From an uncultured Prevotella sp. (GTDB lineage: Bacteria; Bacteroidota; Bacteroidia; Bacteroidales; Bacteroidaceae), in assembly GCA_902495455.1 (NCBI GenBank), contig CABUXJ010000010.1:15166-79165 (forward strand): a stretch of DNA of 64,000 nucleotides, in the 5' to 3' direction. This document shows, piece after piece, positions 9,461 through 19,909 of the stretch. How positions within the stretch are numbered: position 1 is the first letter of the stretch; every line of letters begins with the position of its first letter. The notes beneath the pieces were generated by a model, which saw nothing but the letters and a program-made list of their open reading frames with translations, was not told where the DNA came from and did not search any database. The translations under genes were made by a program, and so were the position numbers.

Positions 9461-10678
9461 ATGCAAAATATCGCTGATAAGAAAATAGGGTATCTCGTTG
9501 CGATATATATAGTATTATTGTTGTTAGTCCTTTTCTTCTTCGGATATACACCATATCCGGATAGTGAAGGATATATATACTGTGCGCAGGAGTCTTTGCG
9601 TCATAATCAGTTTTATCCTTTCAAGGAAGGACTGTACGAGCTGCCGTTTCTCTGGAACATAGGAGCTATAAATGCGGTGGCAGCGTCGCTATGGCTTTTC
9701 AACTCCGTCACACCGCTCCTGATCATATGTACGCTGATGAAAGGCTTCAGTCTGCTGTTGACCTATAAGATAGCCTTGACGTGTTTTGGAAAGAGGGCGG
9801 CGAGTATAGCATGTGTCTTGTATCTGCTTTATCCTGCCAATTACGGAGAGGGCACGAGTCTGCACAGTGAGGTGCCGTTTGTCTTCTTTATTCTTTCGGC
9901 CGTCTGGTCTTCGTTGAAAGGACGATACGTTCTGAGTGGGTTATTGTTTGGCTGTGCCGATTATATAAGGCCTTTTGCACTGATTTTCATTATGGCGGTG
10001 GTACTTAAAGACCTGAAAAACTACAAGGCGTACTGGAAGATGCTGGCGGTATATGTGGCTTTCATAATGTCGATAGGACTTTCCAACTACTGCAGCAAGG
10101 GAGAATTTGTATATAAGGCCAAGACCGGATGGATGGCGCTGTCACAATATCATTGGGATCATGATAGCGAGAAGACAACGCCAAACCCGCAATGTGTGAC
10201 CGGAAACGATAAGCTCACTTACACGCAAAAGGATGAGTTGTGGAGAGATATGTTCTTCGATTGGCTGAAAGACAACAAGTCGGAATACGTCAGACAGCTG
10301 CCCGTTAAGGTATTCAACACGTACGTATCGGATAACATAAGCATGTGTACTTTTCTCAGTCAGGAAGAGAAGCAATCGCAATATATGTATCAGTCTTTGT
10401 CTCTATACGCATTGATAAGGGATTTTCCACATTATTCGGCAGTGCAGTGGCTGACGGTTGTCAATCTGTTGTTCTATTATGCCGTTATGACAATGTTCGT
10501 GTTGAGCATAAAGTACATAAAGGAACTGCGGCTGCAGTGGCTTATTATCATTCTCGGCACATTGTTCATAGCTTTTGTCGGACATGGTGAGAGCAGGTTT
10601 CATATCCCTTTTATGCCTTTTGTCATCATGGCCGTTTCTTATTATATAAGTAAGATGGGAATAATGCGCAGTGAATAG
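9461..10678 (+). CDS. Multi-pass membrane protein, probable GT-C fold (ArnT/PMT-like) glycosyltransferase
   Basis: Many TM segments; PDSEGY after TM1, SEVPF, IRP, C-terminal GESRFHIPFMP. Confidence 0.6.
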   Translation: MQNIADKKIGYLVAIYIVLLLLVLFFFGYTPYPDSEGYIYCAQESLRHNQFYPFKEGLYELPFLWNIGAINAVAASLWLFNSVTPLLIICTLMKGFSLLLTYKIALTCFGKRAASIACVLYLLYPANYGEGTSLHSEVPFVFFILSAVWSSLKGRYVLSGLLFGCADYIRPFALIFIMAVVLKDLKNYKAYWKMLAVYVAFIMSIGLSNYCSKGEFVYKAKTGWMALSQYHWDHDSEKTTPNPQCVTGNDKLTYTQKDELWRDMFFDWLKDNKSEYVRQLPVKVFNTYVSDNISMCTFLSQEEKQSQYMYQSLSLYALIRDFPHYSAVQWLTVVNLLFYYAVMTMFVLSIKYIKELRLQWLIIILGTLFIAFVGHGESRFHIPFMPFVIMAVSYYISKMGIMRSE

Positions 10679-10756
10679 GATGCGGTCATAGAACCATTGA
10701 CAGGCCTGTCGCGGTGTATGTCCGGTCTGTCCTTTTTCCATAATTGTGGTCTTTGA

Positions 10757-12913
10757 TCATCTTATGACGGCAATCTTGCAGACCGTTCCTTTCTTTCCTT
10801 CGCTTGTTGCCGTGGCCACCATATAGACTCCTGAGGCTACGCGACGGCCGTTGAGGTCTTTTCCGTCCCATTTGAACGTTCCTCCGACAGACGTTCCTTG
10901 GGCGACAATCTGGCCGGAGGAGGTAAGAATTTTGACGTCGGCGTTGAGTGACAGACCCACGATGGTGATATATCCGGTGTGCTCCGGCTTCACGGGATTG
11001 GGATAAGCGTAGACGTTGTCCTTCGTCATTTTGTCGTTGGGGGTTGTGGCGTCGCTCATATAAGAGCACAGTCCCTTCTCCGTTCCGATGAAAAGTTCAC
11101 CATTTGAGCCGTTGTAGGCGATGTCGAGGATATTGTCCGAGATGATATCGCTGTTGACGGTAGTGAAATGCTGCTCCTGAGTAAGGTTGTCACTGCTGAT
11201 GAGATAGACGCCGTTGTTGTCCGTTCCGAACCATTTTCGGTTGCCTCCGTCGATACAGATGGACTTGATAGGGATGCCGGCGAGCAAGTAGTCGGCTTTG
11301 TTTGTTCCGTCGTTTCTTGGTACTTTAAACTGTGTGAAGACGTCGTTACCGCTCATTATATCGTCATTGGTCAGATATAAAGGGCCTTTTTCGGTTCCGA
11401 TCCAGATGTTGTTTTCGTGGTCCTCGGCAATGCACGGGATTGAAAATATTTCGAGTTCCTGTCCGTCCTGATTGACGAATTTGTCATAAACCTTTATTGC
11501 GTCGTTAGCCTTATCATAACAGATGAGTGCCGGATATTCCCAGTAATTGGCTGCAAACCATAACAGATTGCGGCTGTCGAACATGAGTCGGCACATGTTT
11601 TTCAAACTTTTGTTTTTGTATAAGAGTTCCGTATGGTCTTTAGGCTCCCACGTTCCGTCTTTCTTATATACCAGAAGAGCATGGCCACGACATTGGCTGT
11701 TGGTGACCCAAAGATTACCGTCAGTGTCGAATTTGATACCGTTGATGATGACATGGTTGTTGCTCAGTTCTTCTCCTTCATCCGATATGGCCGACTTCAG
11801 CGGGCTGTTGTCCTTGTTGAAATAGTTTTTGAGTTTACCGTCATAAAATTCGTAGAGTCCCGTGCGCCCTCCGGCAAAGACATGTCTCGGGTCGGTCGGG
11901 TCATAGTCGATGCAGTCGATATCCTTGTAAGTGTAGCCGGTGATTTTGTCGATATCGTCCTGATAGATAGTCCATGAGCCGTTGTTGTCAAGCGTCTGTA
12001 TCGTTCCGGGATACTCCATGTCGACTAAGCCTTCAAAGACACCGCCACAAGAGTACAGTGTCTCGTTGGCGTATTTCAGTGAGTAGAAGTAGTTGTACTT
12101 CGGCCCTCCGGGAGTTATATCCCTGCGTGTGATTGTTTGAATCCCGTCTTCTTCCGTCTCCGTATAGCTTTGCAGCCGACCGTCTTCCTGATTGCTCCAC
12201 CAGCATCTGTTCCTCCGGTCGTAAATGCGGCGTTCGGTATAACCGTGTTTCGTCGTGGTCTCGATGCCGTCGTCGGAACGGAATATATCGGCTGTCACGC
12301 TGCCGTCATGATGCCAGTTGTTGCGGTCAAGCAGATTGGCGGACATGTCGGCGCTGTAGATACCTGCTTGTGTATGTGCATATATCTTGCCGCCGGCTAT
12401 GGTGCATGCCGTTATTTTCATGTTGAGAATATACGTATCGCTGATTTCGGCACTGCCCATGTTAATCTTCAGTATGCCGAAATTGGTGTATAAGTAGGCG
12501 AACTTGCCGTTGATATATATACCGTTGACGGTTTTGTCCAGATTGACGGGCTTGGTATAATAGTCGGAGATGTTGATTACGTTGCCGCTGTTGTCGAGCA
12601 GGTCGATGTTGTAGTTGTCGTAAACGATGAGCAATCTGCCGGCGGCCATGTTCCACGCGATGTGGTTTATGGTGCAGTCACTCAGGCTGTTCACCTTATT
12701 ATATGAGCTGACTTCTCCGTCGTCGGCATTATACGCGAAAAGACCGCCCGAGCTGAGCACGTACACCATGTTTCCGGCAGGTCGGATATCCGTAATGTCG
12801 TGATACGCCATGTAAGCGTTCCATGAACCTATTTCTGCGGCAAGCGCTCTGCTCTGTGATAATCCAAGACATATAGTCAGGTTCAGGATGGCTGTAATGA
12901 TGATTCTCTTCAT
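10757..12913 (-). CDS. porZ: T9SS component PorZ-like beta-propeller protein
   Basis: Signal peptide, IGSWNAYMAY, propeller repeats, IDGGNRKWFGT, VYAYPNPV...VASGVY...KIAVIR. Confidence 0.8.
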   Translation of the reverse strand: MKRIIITAILNLTICLGLSQSRALAAEIGSWNAYMAYHDITDIRPAGNMVYVLSSGGLFAYNADDGEVSSYNKVNSLSDCTINHIAWNMAAGRLLIVYDNYNIDLLDNSGNVINISDYYTKPVNLDKTVNGIYINGKFAYLYTNFGILKINMGSAEISDTYILNMKITACTIAGGKIYAHTQAGIYSADMSANLLDRNNWHHDGSVTADIFRSDDGIETTTKHGYTERRIYDRRNRCWWSNQEDGRLQSYTETEEDGIQTITRRDITPGGPKYNYFYSLKYANETLYSCGGVFEGLVDMEYPGTIQTLDNNGSWTIYQDDIDKITGYTYKDIDCIDYDPTDPRHVFAGGRTGLYEFYDGKLKNYFNKDNSPLKSAISDEGEELSNNHVIINGIKFDTDGNLWVTNSQCRGHALLVYKKDGTWEPKDHTELLYKNKSLKNMCRLMFDSRNLLWFAANYWEYPALICYDKANDAIKVYDKFVNQDGQELEIFSIPCIAEDHENNIWIGTEKGPLYLTNDDIMSGNDVFTQFKVPRNDGTNKADYLLAGIPIKSICIDGGNRKWFGTDNNGVYLISSDNLTQEQHFTTVNSDIISDNILDIAYNGSNGELFIGTEKGLCSYMSDATTPNDKMTKDNVYAYPNPVKPEHTGYITIVGLSLNADVKILTSSGQIVAQGTSVGGTFKWDGKDLNGRRVASGVYMVATATSEGKKGTVCKIAVIR

Positions 12914-12952
12914 GTCTTTCGTGTATAATTGTTATTATGTGACTGTCTCTGA

Positions 12953-13564
12953 TTATAAAGTATTCAGATATTCCGCCAGTCTCTCCACGGCCTTTGCCCT
13001 GTGGCTAATTTTGTTCTTGACGTCAAGTCCGAGCTCGGCGAAAGTCTTGTCATAGCCCTGTGGCATGAATATAGGGTCGTAGCCGAAGCCCTCCCCTCCC
13101 CTTCTTTCACGGATTATCTCCCCTTCGGCGATGCCTTCAAATAACTGCTCGTCGGGTTTCGTCCGGTTATTGTCGGCGGCAATGTCGTCTTTCAATAATA
13201 ACGCGATAACGGTGCGAAATCTTGCCTTCCGGTTGTTATTTTCTCCTAATTCGGCCAAAAGTTTGGTCATATTGGCCTCGCTGTCGTGGCCTGCGCCACC
13301 TGCATAGCGTGCGCTGTATATGCCCGGCGCACCACCGAGGGCATCCACTTCAAGACCGGTGTCGTCGGCGAAGACGCTCAGTCCGTAGTTGTCGTAGATG
13401 TAGCGGGCCTTCTGCATGGCATTCTCTTCGAGTGTCGTGCCGGTCTCGGGGATATCGACATCGCATCCGATGTCCTTCAGTGACACTATCTCAAACCTGT
13501 CACCGAGTATGCTGCGTATTTCGGCGAGCTTGTTTCTGTTGTTTGTTGCAAATACGATCTTCAT
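12953..13564 (-). CDS. rdgB: Non-canonical purine NTP pyrophosphatase (HAM1 family)
   Basis: [37 protein letters not shown]. Confidence 0.95.
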   Translation of the reverse strand: MKIVFATNNRNKLAEIRSILGDRFEIVSLKDIGCDVDIPETGTTLEENAMQKARYIYDNYGLSVFADDTGLEVDALGGAPGIYSARYAGGAGHDSEANMTKLLAELGENNNRKARFRTVIALLLKDDIAADNNRTKPDEQLFEGIAEGEIIRERRGGEGFGYDPIFMPQGYDKTFAELGLDVKNKISHRAKAVERLAEYLNTL

Positions 13565-13581
13565 GTATTAGTAGAATAAAA

Positions 13582-13658
13582 GTAGGGACATATTCTTGTA
13601 TTTGTCCGCAAGTAATGATTGATAATCATTGCGGACAAATACAAGAATATGTCCCTAC
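13582..13658. repeat. GTAG-type REP doublet (R2), copy 1
   Basis: GTAGGGACATATTCTTGTATTTGTCCGCA...TGCGGACAAATACAAGAATATGTCCCTAC. Confidence 0.9.
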
Positions 13659-13744
13659 GAATTGTTTCATCTGTATATTGACACACCATTATCTGTGTGC
13701 ATCCTTATATATACTCCTGTTTCGGAATGTTTTTGAAAGGTTTT

Positions 13745-16585
13745 CTATTTGATTACAACGTTCACCATGCGCTTCGGCACGACGATGACCTTGACCACCT
13801 GCTTGCCTTCCGTGTACTTCTTGGCACGTTCGTCGGCCAGCACGGTGTCTTCAATTGTCTTGTTGTCGGCGTCGGCGGCAAACTGCATCTCGAAGCGGCG
13901 CTTGCCGTTGAAGGCCACGCCGAGCTGTACGGAGCTTTCGACGAGATACTTCTCTTCACACTTCGGCCACTCTGAGTCACAGACACTGCCTTCTCCTCCG
14001 AGAGTTTCCCAGAGTTCTTCGGCTATGTGCGGAGCGAAGGGCGCGATGAGGATGACGAGCGTGCGGAGCAGACTGCGGTCGTTGCACTTCAGCTGCGACA
14101 GTTCGTTGACGCAGATCATAAATGCCGATATGCTCGTGTTGTAGCTGAAGTTCTCGATATCCTGCGTTACTTTCTTTATCAGTTTATGGACGGACTTGAG
14201 CTGTTCGGGCGTGGCCGTGCCGTCGTTGCAGACGATTGTGTCGCTGCCTTTGGGATAGAACAGACCCCAGAACTTCTTCAGGAAGCGGTGGCAGCCGTCG
14301 ATGCCGTTGGTGTCCCAAGGCTTGCTCTGCTCCACCGGACCGAGGAACATCTCGTACAGACGCAGCGTGTCGGCACCGTAGCGCTCGACGATCATGTCGG
14401 GATTGACCACGTTGTACATCGACTTCGACATCTTCTCGACGGCCCATCCGCAGACGTACTTGCCGTCTTCGAGGATGAACTCGGCGTCGTTGTACTCCGG
14501 ACGCCATGCCTTGAAGGCCTCCACGTCGAGCACGTCGCCGCTGACGATGTTGACGTCGACGTGTATCGGGGTCGTGTCGTACTGGTCTTTCAGGCCGAGA
14601 GAGACAAACGTATTGGTGTCTTTTATTCTATAGACGAAGTTGCTCCGACCCTGTATCATACCCTGATTGACCAGCTTTCCGAACGGTTCCTCCTTGCAGG
14701 AGTAGCCGTAGTCGAAGAGGAACTTGTTCCAAAAGCGGGAGTAGATGAGGTGGCCCGTGGCGTGTTCCGTGCCGCCGACATAGAGGTCGACGTTCTGCCA
14801 GTATTCATCCACCTGCTTGTCGACGAGCGCCGTGTGGTTGCGCGGGTCCATGTAGCGCAGATAGTAGGCTGAGGAACCGGCGAAACCGGGCATGGTGTTC
14901 AGTTCGAGCGGGAAGACGGTGACGTTGTCGATGAGCGTGTTGTCAACAACCTTGTTTTCCTTTGTGTCCCATGCCCACCGTGTGGCGTGCCCGAGTGGAG
15001 GCTCGCCCGTCTCTGTCGGCAGGAACTTGGCCACTTCGGGCAGCTCCAGCGGCAGACACTCCTCGGGAATCATGTAGGGCATGCCTTCCTTATAATATAC
15101 CGGGAAAGGCTCGCCCCAATATCTCTGACGCGAGAAGATGGCGTCGCGGAGGCGGAAGTTGACCTTCACGCGGCCGAGATGGTTCTCCTCTACATATTTT
15201 TTCGTGGCGGCGATGGCCTCCTTGACGGTCAGACCGTTGAGGGAGAAGCCTCCTATGGCGGTCTTGCCTTCGGCCGGTGAGTTCATCACGGTGCCCTCCT
15301 TTGCGTCGAAGCTCTGTTCGCTGACGTCGGCGCCCTCGATGAGCGGGATAATGGGCAGACTGAAATGTTTGGCGAAGGCATAGTCGCGGGAGTCGTGGGC
15401 AGGAACGGCCATGATGGCGCCCGTGCCGTAACCGGCGAGTACATACTCCGAAATCCACACTGGAATCTTGTCACCCGTGAAGGGATTGATGGCGTAGGAG
15501 CCTGAGAACACGCCCGTCACGCGGTGGTCGCTGATGCGGTCGCGTTCGGTGCGCTTCTTGACGTAGGCTATATATTCGTCGACGGCGGCGCGCTGACCGG
15601 TTGTGGTCAGCTGGTCAACAAGCTCGCTCTCGGGTGCGAGCACCATGAATGTGACGCCAAAGATGGTGTCGGCGCGGGTCGTGAAGATGGTGAATTCTAT
15701 GTCGCTGTCGGCCACCTTGAACTGCATCTCAGTTCCTTCGCTACGGCCGATCCAGTTCTTCTGCGTCTCCTTCAGCGAGTCTGTCCAGTCGATTGTCTCC
15801 AGTCCGTCGAGCAGACGCTGTGCGTATGCCGACACGCGGAGACACCACTGGCGCATTTTCTTCTGTATGACGGGATAGCCGCCGCGCTCGGATACGCCGT
15901 CGACGACCTCGTCGTTGGCCAGTACCGTGCCCAGCTGCGGACACCAGTTGACCATCGTCTCACCGAGATAGGCTATGCGGTAGTTCATCAGGACCTCCTG
16001 CTGACGCTTCTCGTCCCATGAGTTCCACTCGTCGGCGGTGAACGTCAGTTCCTCGGAGCATGCAGCGTTGAGACCCTCCGTACCGTGTTTAGGGAAAGCT
16101 TCGAGGAGCTCTTCGATGGGGCGGGCACGCTTGGTGTCGTTGCAGTAGTAGCTGTTGAACATCTTCTGGAAGGCCCACTGCGTCCAGTGATAGTATTCCG
16201 GGTCGCAGGTGCGTATCTCGCGGCTCCAGTCAAATGAAAAACCAATCTTGTCCAGCTGCTCGCGGTAGCGTTTGATGTTGGCCTCGGTCGTCACGGCCGG
16301 ATGCTGTCCAGTCTGGATGGCATACTGCTCTGCGGGCAGTCCGTAGGCGTCATATCCCATCGGGTTAAGGACGTTGTAGCCCCGCTGACGCTTGTAGCGG
16401 GCGTATATGTCGCTGGCGATGTAGCCCAGTGGGTGGCCCACATGCAGTCCCGCTCCCGAGGGATAGGGGAACATGTTGAGCACGTAGAACTTCTTCTTTT
16501 CCTTGTTTTCCTCCACGCGATAGGTCTGCTGCTCGACCCACCGCTGCTGCCACTTCTTCTCGATTTCTCTAAAGTTATATTCCAT
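13745..16585 (-). CDS. leuS: Leucine--tRNA ligase
   Basis: [30 protein letters not shown]. Confidence 0.98.
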   Translation of the reverse strand: MEYNFREIEKKWQQRWVEQQTYRVEENKEKKKFYVLNMFPYPSGAGLHVGHPLGYIASDIYARYKRQRGYNVLNPMGYDAYGLPAEQYAIQTGQHPAVTTEANIKRYREQLDKIGFSFDWSREIRTCDPEYYHWTQWAFQKMFNSYYCNDTKRARPIEELLEAFPKHGTEGLNAACSEELTFTADEWNSWDEKRQQEVLMNYRIAYLGETMVNWCPQLGTVLANDEVVDGVSERGGYPVIQKKMRQWCLRVSAYAQRLLDGLETIDWTDSLKETQKNWIGRSEGTEMQFKVADSDIEFTIFTTRADTIFGVTFMVLAPESELVDQLTTTGQRAAVDEYIAYVKKRTERDRISDHRVTGVFSGSYAINPFTGDKIPVWISEYVLAGYGTGAIMAVPAHDSRDYAFAKHFSLPIIPLIEGADVSEQSFDAKEGTVMNSPAEGKTAIGGFSLNGLTVKEAIAATKKYVEENHLGRVKVNFRLRDAIFSRQRYWGEPFPVYYKEGMPYMIPEECLPLELPEVAKFLPTETGEPPLGHATRWAWDTKENKVVDNTLIDNVTVFPLELNTMPGFAGSSAYYLRYMDPRNHTALVDKQVDEYWQNVDLYVGGTEHATGHLIYSRFWNKFLFDYGYSCKEEPFGKLVNQGMIQGRSNFVYRIKDTNTFVSLGLKDQYDTTPIHVDVNIVSGDVLDVEAFKAWRPEYNDAEFILEDGKYVCGWAVEKMSKSMYNVVNPDMIVERYGADTLRLYEMFLGPVEQSKPWDTNGIDGCHRFLKKFWGLFYPKGSDTIVCNDGTATPEQLKSVHKLIKKVTQDIENFSYNTSISAFMICVNELSQLKCNDRSLLRTLVILIAPFAPHIAEELWETLGGEGSVCDSEWPKCEEKYLVESSVQLGVAFNGKRRFEMQFAADADNKTIEDTVLADERAKKYTEGKQVVKVIVVPKRMVNVVIK

Positions 16586-16626
16586 CGTCGATATGATTGT
16601 TTATCCTTCTATATATAAATAATGTG

Positions 16627-16634
16627 CAAATGTA
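16627..16634 (-). promoter_or_regulatory. Bacteroidetes -7 promoter box for leuS
   Basis: TACATTTG matches TAnnTTTG, about 40 nt upstream of the ATG. Confidence 0.55.
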
Positions 16635-16927
16635 ATACAAAAAAACGAGAAAAGGAGATAGTTTCGTATATTTTCGAGAATGAGGATGAGCCTTGTCATG
16701 ACTTAAAACCGGTCAAGTCATAAAGTAAAATAAGTTATATTACTTTATGATACGGTCTTTATCATGACTTCATGTAAGCTTTTTCGCATTGTGTAAATAT
16801 CGCAGTTTTTTTATAAAAGGATGTTGAGAGGCAAAGCATTATTGCACGTAATAATGGCAGAGCGACTGCTGTAAAGAAACTTTGCGTTTTAGAGTCTTTG
16901 CGCTTTGGCGTCTTTGTGTTTTTTTCG

Positions 16928-16935
16928 TATATTTG
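16928..16935 (+). promoter_or_regulatory. Bacteroidetes -7 promoter box
   Basis: TATATTTG, about 40 nt before the ATG at 16975. Confidence 0.55.
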
Positions 16936-16974
16936 CGGGCAGACAAGTTATAACCGACCTAACCTTTCGACGAA

Positions 16975-17652
16975 ATGGCTAAACCGACAAATTGGTCAGA
17001 CGAATACTGGCTGTTGCTGCTCCAGTTGTATCTGAGTCGCCCCGTGGGTGTGAAACCCGCTTACAGCCGCCCGATGGTGGATTTGAGTCTCGAACTCCAT
17101 GTCCACCCGCAAGTGCTTCACGAGCGCATGATTGCCATCGCCCGACTCGACACACCGCGCGTGGAACACATTTGGCGAACCTATGGCAACAATCCGCGAC
17201 GACTGGCTCGTGCTGTGAAGATGATCAGGAGTATGAACGGATTCAACAATGCCGGCGATTTCTACGACGGCGTGGATACCTGTGAGACATTTGAGCTTGA
17301 CTTCCGTCCCATCGACGGATGTGACGGGTTGACACCGGTCGTGCTCATCCTCACGCTCGACCTCTACTTCCGGCTTGTGCCCGACACGATGGTTGCCGCC
17401 ACTCCCGAAGTTGTCGCTCTGGCGCGCCTCACGTCGACGCCCGTCGAAACGATTGTCAAGGTGATGGCTTGCTTCCGCAATCATGACCCTTACTACAGTC
17501 GCTATGTCGGGCGTCCCGCCTCCGAGACCGACGGGACTCCGCTCGATGCCGCCTGCCGCTCCGTCTGGCTACGTTTCGGCAACGGCAATCCTGAGGAACT
17601 GGCGACATTCGCAAAAGAGCTGGAGGAATACTACAGGAAAATTAAAAATTAA
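16975..17652 (+). CDS. Hypothetical protein with two related helical domains
   Basis: 225-aa ORF with its own promoter box; internal similarity LLLLQLYL / LILTLDLYF and W..(Y/F)GN. Confidence 0.75.
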   Translation: MAKPTNWSDEYWLLLLQLYLSRPVGVKPAYSRPMVDLSLELHVHPQVLHERMIAIARLDTPRVEHIWRTYGNNPRRLARAVKMIRSMNGFNNAGDFYDGVDTCETFELDFRPIDGCDGLTPVVLILTLDLYFRLVPDTMVAATPEVVALARLTSTPVETIVKVMACFRNHDPYYSRYVGRPASETDGTPLDAACRSVWLRFGNGNPEELATFAKELEEYYRKIKN

Positions 17653-17743
17653 GAATTAAGAGAAATATTCACAGGGGTTGTCCTTAAGGACTTTAAGGAC
17701 CTTAAGGTCTTTAAGGACTCCCTTAAAAAAACAACAAAAAAAA

Positions 17744-18553
17744 ATGAAGAAGAACATCATCACCATCATCCTCTCTCTGCTCATCGCCATGCCCTCGGCT
17801 GCACAGCAGGCCCTCACCCATCCGTGGCAAGGCAAGCGTGTCGCATATCTCGGCGACTCCATCACCGATCCGCGCAACAAGGCTGCAAAGAAAAAATATT
17901 GGAACTGGTTGCAGGACTGGCTCGGCATAACGCCTTACGTATATGCCGTCAGCGGTCGCCAGTGGAACGACATACCGCGACAGGCCACGCAGCTCAAGCA
18001 AGAGCATGGGGATAATGTCGACGCCATTCTCATCTTCGTCGGAACCAACGACTATAACAACGCCGTGCCGCTCGGACGTTGGTGGGACGAACGTATGGAG
18101 AGCGTCGAATATGGTCATGGCTATGCCAAGCGCAAGGAAGACCGTATGCGTCGTATACCCGTGATGGATAAGGACACCTATCGCGGCCGCATCAACATCG
18201 CTCTCGACAGCCTGAAGCGCATCTATCCGACCAAGCAGATTGTGCTCCTCACGCCCATCCACCGCGCCGGCTTCTATGCCAACGAAAAGAACTGGCAGTG
18301 CACGGAGGACTATGCCAACCGCTGTGGCGAATATCTCGATGCTTACGTCAAGGCTACATGTGAGGCCGGCGGCGTCTGGGCTGTGCCCGTCGTGGACCTC
18401 TATTCGCTCTGCGGTCTGATGCCTATGCTCGACGAACATGCGCAATACTTCAACCGCGCCGACACCGACCGCCTCCATCCTAACGACCGCGGTCACGAGC
18501 GTATCGCCCAAACACTGATGTATCAGCTGGTTTCATTGCCCTGTGGGCAATGA
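17744..18553 (+). CDS. Secreted SGNH/GDSL hydrolase (acetylesterase-like)
   Basis: Signal peptide from ATG 17744; GDSIT, GTND, DRLHP. Confidence 0.9.
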   Translation: MKKNIITIILSLLIAMPSAAQQALTHPWQGKRVAYLGDSITDPRNKAAKKKYWNWLQDWLGITPYVYAVSGRQWNDIPRQATQLKQEHGDNVDAILIFVGTNDYNNAVPLGRWWDERMESVEYGHGYAKRKEDRMRRIPVMDKDTYRGRINIALDSLKRIYPTKQIVLLTPIHRAGFYANEKNWQCTEDYANRCGEYLDAYVKATCEAGGVWAVPVVDLYSLCGLMPMLDEHAQYFNRADTDRLHPNDRGHERIAQTLMYQLVSLPCGQ

Positions 18554-18554
18554 A

Positions 18555-18777
18555 AATGTTGAATGTTGAGTGTTGAATGGTGAGTTGGTCGGCCAAAGGC
18601 CGATGTTGAATTATTAAATTATGAATTAGCTACGCCATAAATTTGTGTTGATCATTGCCTATAATGAAGGGATGGGTCACTGCGCAGCCAATTCGTAATT
18701 AAATAATTCAACATCGGCCTTTGGCCGACCAACTCACCATTCAACACTCACCATTCACCATTCACCATTCAACATTC
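18555..18777. repeat. Heptamer-armed long palindrome (R3), copy 1
   Basis: About 80-bp inverted arms of TGAATGT/TGAATGG units with internal hairpin TCGGCC-AAA-GGCCGA; lies between convergent genes. Confidence 0.9.
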
Positions 18778-19732
18778 TCTTTATCACCACCTGTGCCGAT
18801 ATCTCGCGGTTGGCGGCTTCGGGAATGACGAGTGAGTTGGCGCTTTCGATGACATCGTCGGTGACGATGAGACCGCGGCGCACGGGCAGACAGTGCATGA
18901 ACTTGCCGTTGTTGGTCACGGCCATGTGCTTGTCGTCGATGGTCCAGCTCATGTCGCGGGACAGGATTTTGCCGTAGTCGGCCGGATTGGTGACGCCCGG
19001 ACAGCTCCAGTTTTTCGCATAGACGAAGTCCGCACCCTCCAACGCCTTCATCTGATCATATTCCACGCGCGCGTTTCCCACGAAGCGCGGGTCAAGCTCG
19101 TAGCCCTCCGGATGAGTAATGACGAAGTCGACGTCGGCCGCGTTCATCCACTGAGCAAATGAGTTGGGCACGGCCTGCGGCAGTGCGCGGCAGTGAGGAG
19201 CCCACGTCAGGACCACTTTCGGGCGGCGGGGAGACGCCTGAAGGTCGAAGTGCTCATTGATTGTGATGAGGTCGGCGAACGCCTGAAGCGGATGGACCGT
19301 GGCCGTCTCCATCGCGAAGACGGGCTTGCCACTGTACCGGATGAACTGATGGAGCACGGTTTCGGCGTAGTCATACTCCCTGTCGGTCAGTCCGGCAAAC
19401 GAGCGGACACCTATCATGTCGCAATAGGACGCCATCACGGGGATGGCCTCGAGCAGATGCTCGCTCTTGTCGCCGTCCATGATGACGCCGCGCTCCGTTT
19501 CTAATTTCCATGCTCCGGCGTTGACGTCGAGCACGATGACGTTCATGCCGAGGTTCATCGCAGCCTTCTGCGTGCTCAACCGTGTGCGCAGAGAGTTGTT
19601 GAAGAATATCATCAGCAGCGTCTTGTGCTTGCCGAGATGTTCATATTTGAATCTGTCCTTCTTTATTTCCTGTGCCTCGGCCAGCGCTGTGCGGAGGTCG
19701 CCGAGGTCTTCAACGTTGATGAATGTTTTCAT
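18755..19732 (-). CDS. argF: N-acyl(succinyl/acetyl)-ornithine carbamoyltransferase
   Basis: SLRTRLS, HPLQ, HCLPVRR (the ArgF'-type signature of Bacteroidetes). Confidence 0.88.
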   Translation of the reverse strand: MKTFINVEDLGDLRTALAEAQEIKKDRFKYEHLGKHKTLLMIFFNNSLRTRLSTQKAAMNLGMNVIVLDVNAGAWKLETERGVIMDGDKSEHLLEAIPVMASYCDMIGVRSFAGLTDREYDYAETVLHQFIRYSGKPVFAMETATVHPLQAFADLITINEHFDLQASPRRPKVVLTWAPHCRALPQAVPNSFAQWMNAADVDFVITHPEGYELDPRFVGNARVEYDQMKALEGADFVYAKNWSCPGVTNPADYGKILSRDMSWTIDDKHMAVTNNGKFMHCLPVRRGLIVTDDVIESANSLVIPEAANREISAQVVIKRMLNGEW

Positions 19733-19763
19733 ATAGCCATATAGTTTGGTGATTATTGTACTT

Positions 19764-19900
19764 TTTTCGAGGAGGGAGGAGTGTGGAGGGAGGAGTGAGA
19801 ATAGTTTTGTTGAAGAACCTTTTTATCAACGTTGTTGAAGAATTATACAACCAATAAGACTATTCTCATTCCTCCCTCCACACTCCTCCCTCCTCGAAAA
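19764..19900. repeat. GGAGGGA/GGAGTGT-armed palindrome (R4), intergenic copy
   Basis: TTTTCGAGGAGGGAGGAGTGTGGAGGGAGGAGTGAGAATAGT...ACTATTCTCATTCCTCCCTCCACACTCCTCCCTCCTCGAAAA. Confidence 0.9.
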
Positions 19901-19909
19901 TATTCGAAC

